From NCBI RefSeq assembly GCF_964355755.1, contig NC_092677.1, positions 21,873,175 to 21,937,174 of the forward strand: a DNA stretch of 64,000 nt. Direction: 5' to 3'. Source of the DNA: Antedon mediterranea (lineage: Eukaryota; Animalia; Echinodermata). Both the position numbers and the translations under genes were made by a program. The notes under the pieces are model-generated. The model was not told the DNA's origin and did no database searches. It was given only the letters and a program-made list of their open reading frames with translations. Every line of letters starts with the position of its first letter. The first letter of the stretch is position 1. Positions 62,376 to 64,000 of the stretch are shown here, piece after piece.

Positions 62376-64000
62376 AAGTGAAGGAATTTGGATAACGTCA
62401 GAGTATAAAGCTGGCAAGTGCTGCCTGGGTGGACAGGAATAAAAGAAATATAACAAAGGAAGCCATATATTATAAATTATAATTATATATACATATATGA
62501 ATATAATTATTGTAATTTAAATAAAAGTCGGTCTCAGATGTTGACCTGTGTACAGTAGGTCTCCCACTTGCCTAACGGTGGTAGTAGGCCTAGCTAGGCC
62601 TAGCTAGTCTAATGTAGTGCGAGTGAGTGGCTGCCCATAATGTAAGTTAGGCTATTATTTATTGATTCATCACATTCTATCCTATATGAAATGCATCTTT
62701 GGCTGGCACAAAAAGTTGGCCTAGGCCTAGAAAAAAGGTTTAGTCTACACGCACAACATCAGAAGGGTGGCCGTCCAGAATAGACAGGTCTAGATAGACT
62801 AGTATATATAGAGAGAGGCATCAGTTATTCTGCATTTTTGTTTGCATTACAATTTTATTTATACTAAATCAACTCACTGACATTAGCAGCAGACGGCGTA
62901 ATTATAAAAATGCCTAATAAACAAGTGAAAATAAACGAGCGATGACTACGCTCTATGTAGGCCCCAACCCGATAGCAGCCATTTTCCCATGTGTTTCAAC
63001 AACAAACAACAAAAACGATGACCAAACAGATGTGGTGACCTAGGTGACCTGAATATTAACCAATCAGGGACAAGGAATTTTATGCTAATTAGGTAAACCG
63101 TTGAACACATCGCGCAAGAAAACAAAAAACAAAGTTCGACACTTTTCTACTTTAAATACACATTTTCTGTTGTCCGATTTTGGTAGACTTTCTACAAGAC
63201 GTTTATAGTATTTTTATCTATCAAATAAGTGTATCAAATCATTTATTGCAATTTTGTCCACCAAAAATCGTAGATTGACTGGACTATCAGTTTCATTAAA
63301 TGTTTAATGTTGTCATTGTGTCCTCATTATTTTAATCACTGTTTGTCTTGTTGAAAAGGGAATCAATTTAACAGTATTGTCTAAAACGACCATACATAGT
63401 AAGCAACCACCTCTCTTAATTAAGAGTCCGCTTCTCATAATCGACAACGTCCTGTAATGACCACCTCTATTACGTGAACAATTTAGTAGCATTAATATAT
63501 AGATGATTTTGCTACAATGTGTTTGTTATGCACTAAATAATATTCTAATAAGTTCTAATGTTCAGATTATATTTAAAAAATATATTCTTATTATATATAT
63601 TTTACATTAAACAATAGGAAAACTTCACTGATAAATAAGGCCCATATCCAGGGGAGGTTAAGGAGTTCAAACGAACCCTGCCGGTGTAAATACATAATAA
63701 TTCTTTAACTTATTATATGGTGAAGCTGAGGTGGTGGTGAATATCATTCTTAACCTCATTAGGCCTACTGTACTGCCAAATTTATTTATTATTTAAAATA
63801 TTTGAATATATTGCTCATTTTCTCATGTCAGTTGTTGGCATAACTCTCCAAATTTTCTAGCCACAGTTCCGACCATGATGGAGGCTGAGTGGGTGAAACT
63901 CTCACTCACCGCCCCTACCACTAAAATTGGCTCTACCTAGTGTACATTTTGGATTCAATTATCTTTTTGATGTTTTATATAATTTATTCCAAGCTGGAAC

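Larger units (their letters stand above)
55695..63286. mobile_element. Academ-like composite non-autonomous element (7.6 kb)
   Basis: TCA|TAGTCCAGTCAATCTA ... TAGATTGACTGGACTA|TCA. The extended imperfect TIR includes AGTCTACCAAAATCGGACAAC (55801) vs GTTGTCCGATTTTGGTAGACT (63169). 3-bp TSD. Confidence 0.7.

Noticed and set aside
63618-63700. Further FHOD exon after ACAATAG
   Set aside because: The polypyrimidine tract is weak, there is no clear donor, and the sequence resembles a transposon terminus (GGCCCATATCCAGGGG).
54401-64000. FH1 poly-proline and FH2 exons
   Set aside because: No such coding sequence was recognised; the gene presumably continues beyond the window.

Overview
AT-rich eukaryotic (animal) genomic DNA. 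The TAGGCCTA-rich repeats suggest a marine invertebrate such as an echinoderm, but that is inference only. The window is the interior of one large + strand multi-exon gene for an FHOD-family formin (FHOD1/FHOD3-like). Eight phase-consistent coding exons (21771-54400) encode the FH3/armadillo region and the start of a low-complexity linker. The canonical N-terminal exons and the FH1/FH2 exons were not seen. The introns are packed with transposon material: a nearly intact antisense CR1-group LINE ORF (EN+RT, 908 aa); decayed hAT, Gypsy, L2, Rex/Babar-like and other RT remnants; a solo LTR; and non-autonomous DNA elements resembling Academ, Sola3, Kolobok, pogo, Harbinger, P, piggyBac, Helentron and Crypton, often nested. 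The most notable observations are: a 7.6 kb Academ-like element with matching TSD that encloses exon-like cassettes, the LINE and a minimal hammerhead ribozyme; candidate alternative 5' FHOD exons; and a close inverted repeat pair bracketing several exons. All calls were made by eye. Superfamily labels rest on terminal motifs and TSDs, not database searches.
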